A stretch of 64,000 nt of DNA from Deltaproteobacteria bacterium (GCA_040218735.1 JAVJQW010000063.1:1-64000), one strand, 5' to 3'; shown: positions 20,316 to 31,058, numbered from the stretch's first letter. Notes: generated by a model not told the origin, from the sequence alone. Program-made: numbers and translations.

Positions 20316-21583
20316 GCGGCGCCGTCATCGGGCTGTTGCTCGTCGCCGCCGTCGGCGTCCCGCTGTTCGTCGTCGTCGGCGGGCTCGCGATGCTCGGCTA
20401 CCAATCCGAGGACATCGAGCTGTCGGTCCTCGTGATCGAGATGTCCGGCGTCTTCTCCGAGCCGGCGCTCGCCGCCATCCCGCAGTTCACGTTCGCCGGC
20501 TACCTCATGGCGGAGTCCGGTACGCCGAACCGCCTCGTGAAGGTCGCGCGCGCTTCGGTCGGCTGGCTCCCCGGCGGGCTCGCGATCCAGGCCGTCATCG
20601 CCTGCGCGTTCTTCACCGCGTTCACCGGCGCCAGCGGCATCACGATCATCGCGCTCGGCGGTCTGCTCTTCCCCATCCTCCTCAAGGAAGGCTTCCCGGA
20701 GAAGTTCAGCCTCGGCCTCCTCACCTCCGGCGGCTCGCTCGGGCTCCTCTTCCCGCCGTCGCTCCCGGTCATCCTCTACGCGATCGTCGCGGGCGTCGAA
20801 GTCGACGACCTGTTCCAGGCCGCGCTCGTCCCCGGCATCATCCTCGTCGCATTCATGGCGGCGTACTCCGCGTTCGTCGCGGTCCGCACCGAAGAGGTGA
20901 AGCGCATCCCCTTCGAGATGTCCGAGCTCATCGCGGCGATCAAGGAAGCGCGCTGGGAGCTCCCGCTCCCGGTGATCATCCTTTGGGGCATCTACGGCGG
21001 CTGGCTCACCGTCAACGAAGCCGCGACGCTCACCGTGCTGATCGTCCTCGTCGTCGAGTGCCTCCTCTACAAGGACATCAGCCTCACCAAGGACCTCGCG
21101 CGCATCACCACCAAGAGCGCGGTGCTCATCGGCGCCATCCTCATGATCCTCGGCGTGGCGAAGGGCCTCTCCGACGCCATGACGATCGCCGGCATCCCCG
21201 ACGCGATCCTCGAATACATTCAATCGAACGTCGACTCGCGCATCGGCTTCCTGATCGCGCTCAACATCTTCCTGCTGATCGTCGGGTGCTTGCTCGACAT
21301 CTTCAGCGCGATCATCGTCGTCGTCCCGCTGATCCTCCCGCTCGCGCAGCAGTACGGCGTCAACCCGCTGCACCTCGGCGTCATCTTCCTGGCGAACCTG
21401 GAGATCGGCTACATGACCCCACCGGTCGGCATGAACCTGTTCCTCAGCGCCTTCCGCTTCCGGCGCCCGCTGCCAACGCTCTACCTCGCGAGCATCCCGT
21501 TCATCACGGTGCTCCTCGCGGCGCTCCTGGTGATCACGTACGTGCCCGAACTGTCGCTCTGGTTCCTCGACACGCCGGAGTGA
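20312..21583 (+). CDS. dctM: TRAP transporter large permease DctM
   Basis: LAAIPQFTFAGYLM, GSLGLLFPPS, GVNPLHLGVIF, GYMTPPVGMNLF. Confidence 0.95.
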   Translation: MSGAVIGLLLVAAVGVPLFVVVGGLAMLGYQSEDIELSVLVIEMSGVFSEPALAAIPQFTFAGYLMAESGTPNRLVKVARASVGWLPGGLAIQAVIACAFFTAFTGASGITIIALGGLLFPILLKEGFPEKFSLGLLTSGGSLGLLFPPSLPVILYAIVAGVEVDDLFQAALVPGIILVAFMAAYSAFVAVRTEEVKRIPFEMSELIAAIKEARWELPLPVIILWGIYGGWLTVNEAATLTVLIVLVVECLLYKDISLTKDLARITTKSAVLIGAILMILGVAKGLSDAMTIAGIPDAILEYIQSNVDSRIGFLIALNIFLLIVGCLLDIFSAIIVVVPLILPLAQQYGVNPLHLGVIFLANLEIGYMTPPVGMNLFLSAFRFRRPLPTLYLASIPFITVLLAALLVITYVPELSLWFLDTPE

Positions 21584-21661
21584 TCTGTCGCGATCTTGCG
21601 CCACCGCCGCGCAATTCCCTGCAGTAGGGCTTGGCCCCGAATGTGATCTCCATCGCGACCG

Positions 21662-22873
21662 ATGTCGCGTCGCTACACCCTCCCCACCGTCTGCGCGAGC
21701 TTCGCGCTCTGTAGCTGTGCGCAGCTCGTCTACACCCAGTCGTCCCGTCCGACCGCCGTCCTCTCGAGGGAGCTCACGGGCGTCGAGGAGCGCGTCCTGC
21801 GCAACGAGCGCACCGTCGCCCGTGACATCGCCGTAGACGGCGGCCACCTCCGCTTCGCGCTCCGCGCCGACGCGGCCTGCACGGAGGAGCGCATCTCGAC
21901 GTACGCGGTGCAGGAGCGTCACGAGCTCTACTTCGCGCGACCTTCGGGCGGCGACGCGGACGGCGCGGTTCTGACCGCGGCGCTCATCGAGCTCGGCATC
22001 GGCGCCGCCGTCCTGAGTGCCTCGATCCTGTGTTGGGCCGAGTGCGGCGGCGCGGACCGAAGGACGGATCGAGAAGCGCAGAGCGAGCGTGACGTCGGCC
22101 TGTTCCTCGCCGCCGTCCCGGCGGGCATCGTCGCGCTCTTCGGCGTCCTCGATCTCGGTGCGGCGGCGGGACGCGGCTACGAGACCATCGAGAGCAGCAC
22201 CGAGATCGAGCGTGTCACGGGTGAACCGTACGCCTGCCCGAACGGCCCCCTCCCCAACACCAAGGGCACCGTCGCCCTCGACGACGCCCGCGTCGGCTTC
22301 GTCACCGACGAACGCGGCTTTGCCACCGTCCCCCTCCAACCTCTGCGCGAGGCCTACGTTCCCGGGCTGCCCATCGAGCTCGTCGTCCAGACGGAGGCCG
22401 AGCGGATCGCGGTGGTCCTCGACGAAGCGCAGACCCGAGCCTTGGCCGACGGCTTCGCACCTCGTCCTTCACTTCGTGATCACGTCGTCGCTGCGTTGCC
22501 GATCGAGATGAACGGCGTGGCGGGCACGAGCGAGGACGAAGCGCTCTGGCAGATCCTCGCCGCCGAGCTCGGGCAGCGCGGACTCCGGCTCGTCCCCAGC
22601 TCACGCATCCGCACCGCGCTCCTGCAGGAGAAGGCGAGCTCCTACCGAGAGTGCGTCGATGAAGCGTGTCAGATCGAGCTGGGCCGCGCCGTCGCAGCGA
22701 CCGTCGTCCTACGCACCACGGTCAGCGCGCTCGACGACACGTGCACGGTCGCTTCGGTCGCCTTCGACCTCCGCACGGAGACGACGCTCCACGGCGCCGC
22801 GAGTGATGTCGCTTGCAACGCGAAGGCGATTCGAGGCGCCCTCGCGACCATCGGTCGTCGGCTCGCTGATTAG
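21662..22873 (+). CDS. Hypothetical lipoprotein with C-terminal CsgG/TolB-N-like domain
   Basis: Lipobox ALCS-C; C-terminal ECVDEACQIELGRAVAA...AFDLRT motif. Confidence 0.55.
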   Translation: MSRRYTLPTVCASFALCSCAQLVYTQSSRPTAVLSRELTGVEERVLRNERTVARDIAVDGGHLRFALRADAACTEERISTYAVQERHELYFARPSGGDADGAVLTAALIELGIGAAVLSASILCWAECGGADRRTDREAQSERDVGLFLAAVPAGIVALFGVLDLGAAAGRGYETIESSTEIERVTGEPYACPNGPLPNTKGTVALDDARVGFVTDERGFATVPLQPLREAYVPGLPIELVVQTEAERIAVVLDEAQTRALADGFAPRPSLRDHVVAALPIEMNGVAGTSEDEALWQILAAELGQRGLRLVPSSRIRTALLQEKASSYRECVDEACQIELGRAVAATVVLRTTVSALDDTCTVASVAFDLRTETTLHGAASDVACNAKAIRGALATIGRRLAD

Positions 22874-22912
22874 GCGATGACGTGCTCCCGCGCAGCGGGA
22901 GGGCGCGACCGC

Positions 22913-23245
22913 CTAACGTGTCTTCTGCTGGAAGCGCTTCCAGCGTGAGTCGCGCAGCGGCGAGTTCGCGTACTGCTGCACGGACTGACGGCTCGGGCCG
23001 AACGCTTCGGCGGCGGCGGCGTAGTTGCCGTCCGCTTCTTCGAGGCAGCGAAGCAGCAGCAGGTCGCGGACCTCCTGCAGCAGATCGTGCGGCGCGACGC
23101 CGACGCCCCACAGAGCTTCGGCCGCCTTCTTCGTCGCTGCGTTCGCCTTCGGCGAAAGGCGACGGCGCGCGGGCGCGTTGTTCTTGCCCGACTTCTTCGC
23201 CGTCTTGGTCTTCTTCTTCGTCGTCTTCTTCTTGGTCTTCGCCAC
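22913..23245 (-). CDS. Small basic Fis-type HTH protein with Lys-rich N-tail
   Basis: LEEADGNYAAAAEAFGPSRQSV resembles the Fis HTH; KTKKKTTKKK N-terminus; GTG 23245 (alternative ATG 23284). Confidence 0.6.
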   Translation of the reverse strand: MAKTKKKTTKKKTKTAKKSGKNNAPARRRLSPKANAATKKAAEALWGVGVAPHDLLQEVRDLLLLRCLEEADGNYAAAAEAFGPSRQSVQQYANSPLRDSRWKRFQQKTR

Positions 23246-23381
23246 AGTCGTGTTGCCCCCCCGGGTTCGCGGCGCTCGTTTCATCCAATAGTCGGGGGGA
23301 TTCCGCAACCCTGAACCCGCCTCCTTTTCGTGACGCAGGTCGCCTTGCGGACAACTCGGGAGAACGATACATCCGCTGGTC

Positions 23382-26219
23382 ATGGCCACACGCCTTCCGC
23401 TTCGATTCGTACTCTTGGCCACCGCCTCGCTCGCCTTCGCCTGCTCGGGGGACGACGACGACAACGGTGACGACTCGACCCGCCGCGACGCCGGCAGGGT
23501 CGAACGTGACGCCGGTGAATCCGGCAACGACGCTGGTCCCAGGGACGGTGGACCCCGCGACGGAGGCCCCGGAGGCCGCGATGCGGGCCCGGAGCGCGAC
23601 GGCGGCGTGAACCAAGCCCAGTCGATCGTCTTCCTGCATACGAACGACGAACACTCGAAGCTCCTCGGCGGGTCGCCGAACATCGACGACTACCCGACGC
23701 CCTCCAACATGGCGCGCATCCGTGGCGGCATCGCGCGCCGCGCGACGGTCATGCAGGCGATCGAAAACGAAGTGAACCGCCTCCCGGGCTCGCCGCCGGT
23801 CGTTCGCGTCGGCGCGGGTGACATCGTGATGGGCTCGCTGTTCCACCTCGGCAACCTGCAGTTCGGCGTCGACTACGCGCTCGCGGGCGCTCTGCAGTAC
23901 GACGTCCTCACTCTGGGGAACCACGAGTTCGACTTCGGGACGGACTTCCTCGCGGGCATGCTCGCGAACGGAACGCTGACGGATCCGCTCTCGCTCCAGT
24001 TCGGCCCGCTGCAGATCCCGCTCGTCATCTCGAACATCCGCTTCTCGATGTCCGACAACGGCGACGACGCCCTCGCGGCCTTCTACGGCGGCGGGCAGGA
24101 CCAGCCCATGCAGCGCACGTACATCCGTGAGTTCGAGGGTGTGCGCGTCGGCTTCGTCGGCGTCGTCGGTCTCGACGCCGCGCTGGTCGCGCCGTTCAAG
24201 CAGCCGGTCAACTTCTCGCTCGCCGTCGACGACACCACGACGTGCACGAGCAACGCCGAGTGCCCCGGCTCCGTCTGCATCCCGCCGGCGAGTGATCCGC
24301 TCGCGACCACCGGTAGCTGCGCGCTCGACCCGACCGGCCAGGACGCCAACGTGAACTTCCCCGCGCTCGTCGCGGACATCGCGGGGGCGGTGGCGGAGCT
24401 TCGCCAGCAGGGCGTCGACCTCGTCGTCGCGCTCTCCCACTCCGGGATCAACGAGCGCGAGATCGGGATGCTCCAGGCGATGAACGAGCCGCTCGAGAGC
24501 GCCACGCGCTCCGAGGAGATCGTGCTCGCGCTCGGCGTCGACGCGGCGCTGTCCGCGATGTCGATCCCCGGCATCGACCTGATCGTCGGCGGTCACTCGC
24601 ACACCGCGCTGCAGGCGCCGCTCACGATCGCGAACCCGGGCAGCGGCATCAACACGTACATCGTGCAGGCCGGCTCCTACGGGCGCTTCGTCGGCAAGGT
24701 CCGCCTCGACCGCGCGGGCGCCGACGAGCCGTGGGTGCTCGACGCCAACTTCTCCGGTCTCGACACGGTCGACGGCACGACGGCCGCGCAGTCGAACCTC
24801 GTGATCGACGGCTTCATCGACGCGATCGTCGAGGGCCTCGAAGAGTCGCCGATCGCCGCGGCCGGCGACGGCCTCATCTTCCCCGGCGAGCAGTGCGACG
24901 GCACGGTCCTCCCGAACGGCGGCAACTGCAGCCCGATCATCCCCGGCGCCGTGGGCGGCACGTTGCAGTGTGCGGCGAACCGCCAGCTCGACACGTCCCA
25001 GTGCATCCTCGCCCAGGTCGGCAAGGAGGTCTGCGGTGACTCGACCATCGCCGGTGCCGAGCAGTGCGACGGCACGACGATCCCGGTCAACTGCCAGCAG
25101 CTCGGCTACGCGGGCGGCACGCTCGGTTGCCACGCGAACTGCATGTTCGACTTCTCGGCCTGCACGCCGGACTTCCCGTCGATCCTCGAGGTCGTCGCGA
25201 ACTTCCAGCTCGACGTCGACGAGACGCCGGTCAGCTTCGACCCGCAGACCGACCAGCGCGGCGACCTGTTCCTCTACCCGCTCGGGACCACGACGTTCGA
25301 CGTCGGCGAGACGAACGAGTCGGCGGAGTCGAACCTGTCGAACCTCGTCGCGGACGCGAACCGCTTCGCGACCAACACGCTCGACCCGTCGCGCGCCAAC
25401 GATCCGGTCCGCGTGACCATCGTCGCCAACGGCGTGATCCGCGACGGCATCTACCAGGGCGAGACCGGCGTGCTCACGCTCGCCGACCTCTTCCGCGTGC
25501 TGCCGCTCGGGGTGTCGCCGGTCGAGAACACCCCCGGTCACTCGCTGATCGACTTCAACCTGACCGCGGCCGAGCTGAAGGTCGTCTTCGAGCTGGGCCT
25601 GTCGCTCGGACGGAGCTCGGGTGCGTTCTGGCTCGGTTACTCCGGTGCGCGCATCGAGTACGACCCGAGCCTCCCGGCGTTCGATCCCGAGAACCCGCTC
25701 ACCACGGGTTGGGTGACGCGCATCGACCTCGTCGACCCCGCGACCACGAACCCGTGGGACGACACCAACGCGGTGTACGAGGGTGTGGCGCTCTTCGATC
25801 GCGCCAACGGTGGCTTCCCGGACATCGGTCGCATCATCCGCGTGAGCACGAACGCGTACGTCGGTCTGTACGCGACCGGCTTCGGCATCTGCCCGCGCGG
25901 TGACAACGGCGCACCGAGCCCGCTGTGCGCGCCGTGCACCGACAACGGTCAGTGCATCGCGACGGGCAGCACCTGCGACATCGCGGCGGGGCGCTGCACG
26001 GGCGGGACGCCGGTGCCGTTCACGATCCGCACCACGGTGCCGACGGCGGTCCCGGGCTTCACGCAAGAGCTGAAGGAGTTCTTGTCGCTCACGACCTACG
26101 TCCGGCGTCTGCCGGGCGACGCGCTCCCGACGGAGTACGACGGCGCGGTGCCGCGTCGCCTGTGCTGCGTCGGCAACATGTGTGAGACCGACACGGCCTG
26201 CCCGCCGCGTCCGCAGTAG
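23382..26219 (+). CDS. Bifunctional metallophosphatase/5'-nucleotidase lipoprotein with Cys-rich inserts
   Basis: Lipobox LAFA-C; HTNDEH, GAGD, LGNHEFD, SHSG, GGHSH; C-domain ESNLSNLVADA, NGVIR, VLPLG. Confidence 0.9.
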   Translation: MATRLPLRFVLLATASLAFACSGDDDDNGDDSTRRDAGRVERDAGESGNDAGPRDGGPRDGGPGGRDAGPERDGGVNQAQSIVFLHTNDEHSKLLGGSPNIDDYPTPSNMARIRGGIARRATVMQAIENEVNRLPGSPPVVRVGAGDIVMGSLFHLGNLQFGVDYALAGALQYDVLTLGNHEFDFGTDFLAGMLANGTLTDPLSLQFGPLQIPLVISNIRFSMSDNGDDALAAFYGGGQDQPMQRTYIREFEGVRVGFVGVVGLDAALVAPFKQPVNFSLAVDDTTTCTSNAECPGSVCIPPASDPLATTGSCALDPTGQDANVNFPALVADIAGAVAELRQQGVDLVVALSHSGINEREIGMLQAMNEPLESATRSEEIVLALGVDAALSAMSIPGIDLIVGGHSHTALQAPLTIANPGSGINTYIVQAGSYGRFVGKVRLDRAGADEPWVLDANFSGLDTVDGTTAAQSNLVIDGFIDAIVEGLEESPIAAAGDGLIFPGEQCDGTVLPNGGNCSPIIPGAVGGTLQCAANRQLDTSQCILAQVGKEVCGDSTIAGAEQCDGTTIPVNCQQLGYAGGTLGCHANCMFDFSACTPDFPSILEVVANFQLDVDETPVSFDPQTDQRGDLFLYPLGTTTFDVGETNESAESNLSNLVADANRFATNTLDPSRANDPVRVTIVANGVIRDGIYQGETGVLTLADLFRVLPLGVSPVENTPGHSLIDFNLTAAELKVVFELGLSLGRSSGAFWLGYSGARIEYDPSLPAFDPENPLTTGWVTRIDLVDPATTNPWDDTNAVYEGVALFDRANGGFPDIGRIIRVSTNAYVGLYATGFGICPRGDNGAPSPLCAPCTDNGQCIATGSTCDIAAGRCTGGTPVPFTIRTTVPTAVPGFTQELKEFLSLTTYVRRLPGDALPTEYDGAVPRRLCCVGNMCETDTACPPRPQ

Positions 26220-26303
26220 CGCACCGGCCCATTTCCGCCGAGATCGAGGCCTCGTTGGGACCCCGTCCCGGCGGGGCCTCGTTCGTGATAGGACCTGGGC
26301 CCC

Positions 26304-28259
26304 ATGGCCGACAAAATCGAATCCGTCCTGAACGAAGACCGGGTGTTCGATCCGCCCGCGGCGGTGTCGAGCGCTGCGCACGTGAAGTCGCTCGACGAGT
26401 ACCGCGCGATGCACAAGCGCTCGGTGGAGGACCCCGAAGGCTTCTGGCGCGAGATCGGGTCGTCGCTCATCCCGTGGATGAAGCCGTTCGACACCGTGCT
26501 GGAGTGGAACGAGCCCTTCGCGAAGTGGTTCCTCGGCGGCGAGACGAACGCGTCGGTCGTTTGCCTCGACCAGCACCTCGAGACCCCGAAGAAGAACAAG
26601 GCGGCGATCATCTGGGAGGGTGAGCCGGGTGATCAGGTCACGCTGACGTACGGGCAGCTGCACCGCGAGGTCTGCAAGGCGGCGAACGCGCTCGAGGCGC
26701 TCGGTGTGAAGAAGGGCGACCGCGTCGCGATCTACATGCCGATGGTGCCCGAGGCGGCGATCGCGATGCTCGCGTGCGCGCGGGTCGGCGCGCCGCACAA
26801 CGTGATCTTCGGCGGCTTCTCGGCGAAGTCGGTGCAGGAGCGAATCCACGACTCGCAGGCGTCGTTTGTGATCACCGCGGACGGTGGTTGGCGTCGCGGC
26901 AAGGTCGTCGAGCTCAAGGCGGCGGTCGACGAGGCGCTCGCGGACAACGCGTGCCCGACCATCCAGAAGGTGTTGGTCCTGCAGCGCACGAAGAACGACG
27001 TGACGATGACCGAGGGGCGCGACGTCTGGTGGCACGACGCCGTCGGCAACGCGTCACACCGTCACGAGGCGCAGCCGATGGACGCGGAGCACCCGCTGTT
27101 CATGCTCTACACGTCGGGCTCGACGGGGAAGCCGAAAGGCATCTTGCACACGACGGGCGGTTACCTCGTGGGGACGACGCTCACGTCGAAGTACGTCTTC
27201 GATTTGAAGGACGACGACGTCTACTGGTGCACGGCGGACGTCGGTTGGATCACCGGGCACAGCTACATCGTGTACGGGCCGCTATCGAACGGCGCGACGG
27301 TGATGATGTACGAGGGCGCGCCGACGTTCCCGGACTTCGGTCGCTTCTGGGACATCGTCGAGCGGCACCGCGTGTCGATCTTCTACACGGCGCCGACCGC
27401 GATTCGCGCGTTCATCAAGGCGGGCGACGAGTTCCCGAAGCGTCACGATCTGTCGTCGCTGCGCGTGCTCGGTACGGTCGGCGAGCCGATCAACCCCGAG
27501 GCGTGGATTTGGTACCACGAGGTCATCGGCGGGGAGCGTTGCCCGATCGTCGACACGTGGTGGCAGACGGAGACGGGGGGCATGATGCTCACGCCGCTCC
27601 CCGGCGCGACGCCCACGAAACCCGGGAGCGCGACGCTGCCGTTCTTCGGGGTGGACGCGGACGTCGTCACCGAGGACGGACAGTCGGTCGGCGCGAACGA
27701 GGGCGGGCTCTTGGTGATCAAGAAGCCGTGGCCGTCGATGCTGCGCGGGATCTACGGGGACGAGCAGCGCTACCGCGACACGTACTGGTCGACGGTGAAG
27801 AACTGCTACTTCGCCGGCGACAGCGCGCGCCGCGACAAGGACGGCTACTTCTGGGTGATGGGCCGCATGGACGACGTGCTCAACGTCTCCGGTCACCGGC
27901 TCGGAACGGCGGAGGTGGAGAGCGCGTTGGTTCAGCACGAAGCGGTCGCGGAGGCCGCGGTCGTCGGGCGCCCGGATGACATCAAGGGGCAGGCGGTCGT
28001 CGCGTTCGTGACGTTGAAGGCGGCGTCGAAGGCGGGCGACGAGATCAAGCAGGAGCTGCGCGACTACGTCGCGAAGGTCATCGGCCCGATCGCGAAACCC
28101 GACGACGTGCGCCTCGCGGACGCGCTCCCGAAGACACGCTCCGGGAAGATCATGCGCCGGCTGCTGAAGGAGATCGCCGCGGGTCAGACGCCGCAGGGCG
28201 ACACGACGACGCTCGAGGACTTCTCGGTCCTCGCCAAGCTCCGCGAGAGCAACGAGTAG
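26304..28259 (+). CDS. acs: Acetyl-CoA synthetase (acetate-CoA ligase)
   Basis: [47 protein letters not shown]. Confidence 0.98.
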   Translation: MADKIESVLNEDRVFDPPAAVSSAAHVKSLDEYRAMHKRSVEDPEGFWREIGSSLIPWMKPFDTVLEWNEPFAKWFLGGETNASVVCLDQHLETPKKNKAAIIWEGEPGDQVTLTYGQLHREVCKAANALEALGVKKGDRVAIYMPMVPEAAIAMLACARVGAPHNVIFGGFSAKSVQERIHDSQASFVITADGGWRRGKVVELKAAVDEALADNACPTIQKVLVLQRTKNDVTMTEGRDVWWHDAVGNASHRHEAQPMDAEHPLFMLYTSGSTGKPKGILHTTGGYLVGTTLTSKYVFDLKDDDVYWCTADVGWITGHSYIVYGPLSNGATVMMYEGAPTFPDFGRFWDIVERHRVSIFYTAPTAIRAFIKAGDEFPKRHDLSSLRVLGTVGEPINPEAWIWYHEVIGGERCPIVDTWWQTETGGMMLTPLPGATPTKPGSATLPFFGVDADVVTEDGQSVGANEGGLLVIKKPWPSMLRGIYGDEQRYRDTYWSTVKNCYFAGDSARRDKDGYFWVMGRMDDVLNVSGHRLGTAEVESALVQHEAVAEAAVVGRPDDIKGQAVVAFVTLKAASKAGDEIKQELRDYVAKVIGPIAKPDDVRLADALPKTRSGKIMRRLLKEIAAGQTPQGDTTTLEDFSVLAKLRESNE

Positions 28260-29630
28260 CTACCGCGCCCGGAAGGTCGACAGCACCGCGTCGACCTTGC
28301 CGGGGGCCTCCGCATCGCCCTCCCGCCACATCGACATGAACGTGAAGACGCGGCCCGGCACCGCCAGGGCGCGCACCGTCACGCGTTTGCCGTCCTTCGT
28401 GCCGGTCGCGACGGCGGCTTCGTGGCCGGCGATCTCGACGCGTCGGACTTCGACGTCGGTGACTTCGACCTGGTGGATCACGGTCCGCGCGGCGTGCTCC
28501 TTCGCCTCGTAAGGCGGGACCATGTTTCCGGGGAGAGCGGCAGAGCTGATCATGAGGAAGCCTTCGCCGCCGAGTGACATGACGTGCGACGGCGAGCCGC
28601 CTTCGTTCATGCGGAGCACTTTGAACGGCGTGTCGATCTCGAACCCGTCGGTGTCGGACCGGTAGGTCTCGGCCTTCGGCGCCATCACCGCGAGCACGGC
28701 GTCGGACGCCGGGCCCTCGCGCGGGACGACGTCGAACTCGGCGCCCTCGTCGGCGAGCAGCTGAACGAGTCCTTCGCGATCGACCATGTGCGCGGCGCCG
28801 ACGGTGACGAACGTGGTGCCGGGCGCTTCGAAGTACGGGCGGATGCGCGCGAACATCGCGTGGTTTCGGTCGGTGATCGTGCGGCGGTGTACCGTGCGCT
28901 CGGCTTCGCTGGCTTCGGGCGGGAGCGCGACGAGCCGGGTCAGACCCGCGACGTCGCCGGATTCGTACAGGTCGATCAAGCCGAGCACTACGCCGCTCTC
29001 GACGCCGCGTAACGCTTCGGACACGAGGGTGTCCGCGTCGAGCTCTTCGAGTGACTTCAGCATCTCGAGCTGCTGCTGAATGGTCTCGAGGAACTTCAGC
29101 TCGCGTTTCTTCTTCGGCTCGGCGACGCCGAAGCGGCGGACCTGTTTGTCGAGCCCGCGCTCCGCTTCGATTCCGTTGCGGGCCATCTGGACGGCCGGGA
29201 TCATCATCGTGACCATCCACGGGCGCATCGCGACGAGGCGATCGTGCGGGAGGCTCCCCGGCTTCTTGGGATCACCGAGGAACGCGGTCAGGCGGTCGAT
29301 GGTCGCAGGCGTGATGAGGTCTTCGAGGGTGCGCCCGTCGGTGAGCATGCCGTTCGCCGCGATCCAGCCGGAGATGGCGCCGTCCGCGCCCTCTTCGTCG
29401 ACCTCGAACACGAGCCGGTCCGACTTCGTGATCGCGTCGGTGATCGACTTGTCGAGCTTCTTGCTGGCGGAGCGGAAGTGCACCGACCCCAGCAGGTACA
29501 CGACGCCGGGTTGGTCGGGCATCGTCGCGCGCCAGAGGAACGAGCGTTGTTCTTGCGCGCGCTCGAGCGGTGACGCGTGCGCGCAGGCGAGGAAGAGGAG
29601 GGGCGCGAGGAGCGCCGCACGGCGAGACAT
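28260..29630 (-). CDS. TraB/GumN family lipoprotein with C-terminal extension
   Basis: Lipobox FLA-C; YLLGSVH, GLDK, LETIQQQ, DRNHAM, VGAAHM. Confidence 0.88.
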   Translation of the reverse strand: MSRRAALLAPLLFLACAHASPLERAQEQRSFLWRATMPDQPGVVYLLGSVHFRSASKKLDKSITDAITKSDRLVFEVDEEGADGAISGWIAANGMLTDGRTLEDLITPATIDRLTAFLGDPKKPGSLPHDRLVAMRPWMVTMMIPAVQMARNGIEAERGLDKQVRRFGVAEPKKKRELKFLETIQQQLEMLKSLEELDADTLVSEALRGVESGVVLGLIDLYESGDVAGLTRLVALPPEASEAERTVHRRTITDRNHAMFARIRPYFEAPGTTFVTVGAAHMVDREGLVQLLADEGAEFDVVPREGPASDAVLAVMAPKAETYRSDTDGFEIDTPFKVLRMNEGGSPSHVMSLGGEGFLMISSAALPGNMVPPYEAKEHAARTVIHQVEVTDVEVRRVEIAGHEAAVATGTKDGKRVTVRALAVPGRVFTFMSMWREGDAEAPGKVDAVLSTFRAR

Positions 29631-29642
29631 CCGCGCGGGATG

Positions 29643-30326
29643 CTACCAGTCGATCCGTTCGCCGTCGCGGAAGAAGCCGCCCGAGGGGCCGGCGCCGTCG
29701 AGCGTCGCGGCCCACACGATGCCCGGCACGCTCTCGTCGATGCTGCGCGTCGCGGAGGAGCCGCCCATGTCGGTGCGGACCCAACCCGGACAGATCGCGT
29801 TCACCTTCACGTCGCCGCGCGCCCGGTGCGCGAGTAGAACGGTGATCGCGTTGAGCGCCGTCTTCGACACGCGGTACGCGGGGTAGCCGTCGCCCATCTC
29901 GTTCAGGCCGCCCATCCCCGACGACACGTTGACGATCCGCCCGAAGCCCTCGCGGTTCATCATCGGCAACGCACGTCGCGCGCAGCGGTACGCGCCGAGC
30001 GCGTTGTTGTCGAACGCACGGAGGAGCACGTCCGGCTCCACCTCGAGCGCGGTCCCGCCGTCGCCGTCGAAGATGGTGCCGGCATTGTTCACGAGGACGT
30101 CACACCTCCCGTGCTCGGCGGCGAGCCGTTCGAAGAACGCATCGACGCTCGCGTCGTTCGACACGTCGAGCTCCCCCGGGACGACGCCTTCGATTTCGGC
30201 CGCCGCCGCCTTCGCAACGTCGAGGCTGCGTGCGGTGAGCACGACGCGCATGTCCTTCGCGGCGAGCTGTCGGCAGGTCTCGAAGCCGAGGCCGCCCTTC
30301 GCGCCGGTGACCACTGCGACCCTCAC
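29643..30326 (-). CDS. Short-chain dehydrogenase/reductase (carbonyl reductase-like)
   Basis: TGAKGGLG, LVNNAG, YRVSK, PGWVRTDMG. Confidence 0.95.
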   Translation of the reverse strand: MRVAVVTGAKGGLGFETCRQLAAKDMRVVLTARSLDVAKAAAAEIEGVVPGELDVSNDASVDAFFERLAAEHGRCDVLVNNAGTIFDGDGGTALEVEPDVLLRAFDNNALGAYRCARRALPMMNREGFGRIVNVSSGMGGLNEMGDGYPAYRVSKTALNAITVLLAHRARGDVKVNAICPGWVRTDMGGSSATRSIDESVPGIVWAATLDGAGPSGGFFRDGERIDW

Positions 30327-30327
30327 C

Positions 30328-30981
30328 TCAGCCCTCCTTCTTCACGAGGCCGATGTTGAATTCGGCCGTCCCGAGCGCACCCCACAGGCGGACCCAGAGG
30401 AGGAGGAACGCCTCGGTGCCGCGCGCGGTGTCGAGGCCGCCGAGGTCCACGATCTCTTCGGCGCGCCAGCCGAACGACACGAGGATCTCGCGGAGCGCGG
30501 CCTTCGCGTCGTCGTGGTCGCTGCTGAGGAAGGTGTGGTGCGTGCCGTCGAGCGCGCGCGGATCCACCATCACGGTGTTGGCCAGGGTGTTGAGGCCCTT
30601 CACGACCTTCACCTTCGGGTAGGTCCGCTGGATCTGCTCGGCGAGCGAGTCGGTGTTGGCGATGGACAGCGAGGGCGGGAAGCCGTTCGAGAAGTCGAGC
30701 GGGTTCGACACGTCGACGAGGACCTTGCCGTCGAGCGCCTCCGCGCCGGCGGCTTCGAGCACGGCCATGGTGTGCTCGCCCTTGGTGCAGTTGAACACCA
30801 GCGCGCCGTGGGTCGCGGCGTCGCGGAAGGTCCCGTGGGTGCCTCCGCTCTCGGCGGCCCACTTCGTCGCGGCCTCGTTGTCCGCGGTGCGCGAGCCGAG
30901 GCAGACCTCGTGCCCCAATTCGACGAGCCGCGAGGCGATTCGACGTCCGACATCTCCGGTTCCGAAAACTGCGATCTTCAT
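30328..30981 (-). CDS. NADPH-dependent F420 reductase-like NAD(P)-binding oxidoreductase
   Basis: MKIAVFGTGDVG, VDVSNPLD, SLAEQIQ, VVKGLNT. Confidence 0.88.
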   Translation of the reverse strand: MKIAVFGTGDVGRRIASRLVELGHEVCLGSRTADNEAATKWAAESGGTHGTFRDAATHGALVFNCTKGEHTMAVLEAAGAEALDGKVLVDVSNPLDFSNGFPPSLSIANTDSLAEQIQRTYPKVKVVKGLNTLANTVMVDPRALDGTHHTFLSSDHDDAKAALREILVSFGWRAEEIVDLGGLDTARGTEAFLLLWVRLWGALGTAEFNIGLVKKEG

Positions 30982-31037
30982 GGGCGAACCATGCGCTCCG
31001 GAGCGTGGGTAAACAAGAGGCGTCCCAGTCATGCTAA

Positions 31038-31056
31038 CGTTGACTTGAGGTCAACG
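31038..31056. promoter_or_regulatory. LysR-type T-N11-A operator
   Basis: CGTTGAC-TTGAG-GTCAACG, perfect 7-bp inverted repeat in the divergent LysR/oxidoreductase spacer. Confidence 0.75.
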
Positions 31057-31058
31057 AA

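Noticed and set aside
22722-27035. 1437-aa minus-strand ORF
   Set aside because: Antisense shadow of the nucleotidase and acs genes; Arg/Val-rich, stop-poor frame expected from high GC3
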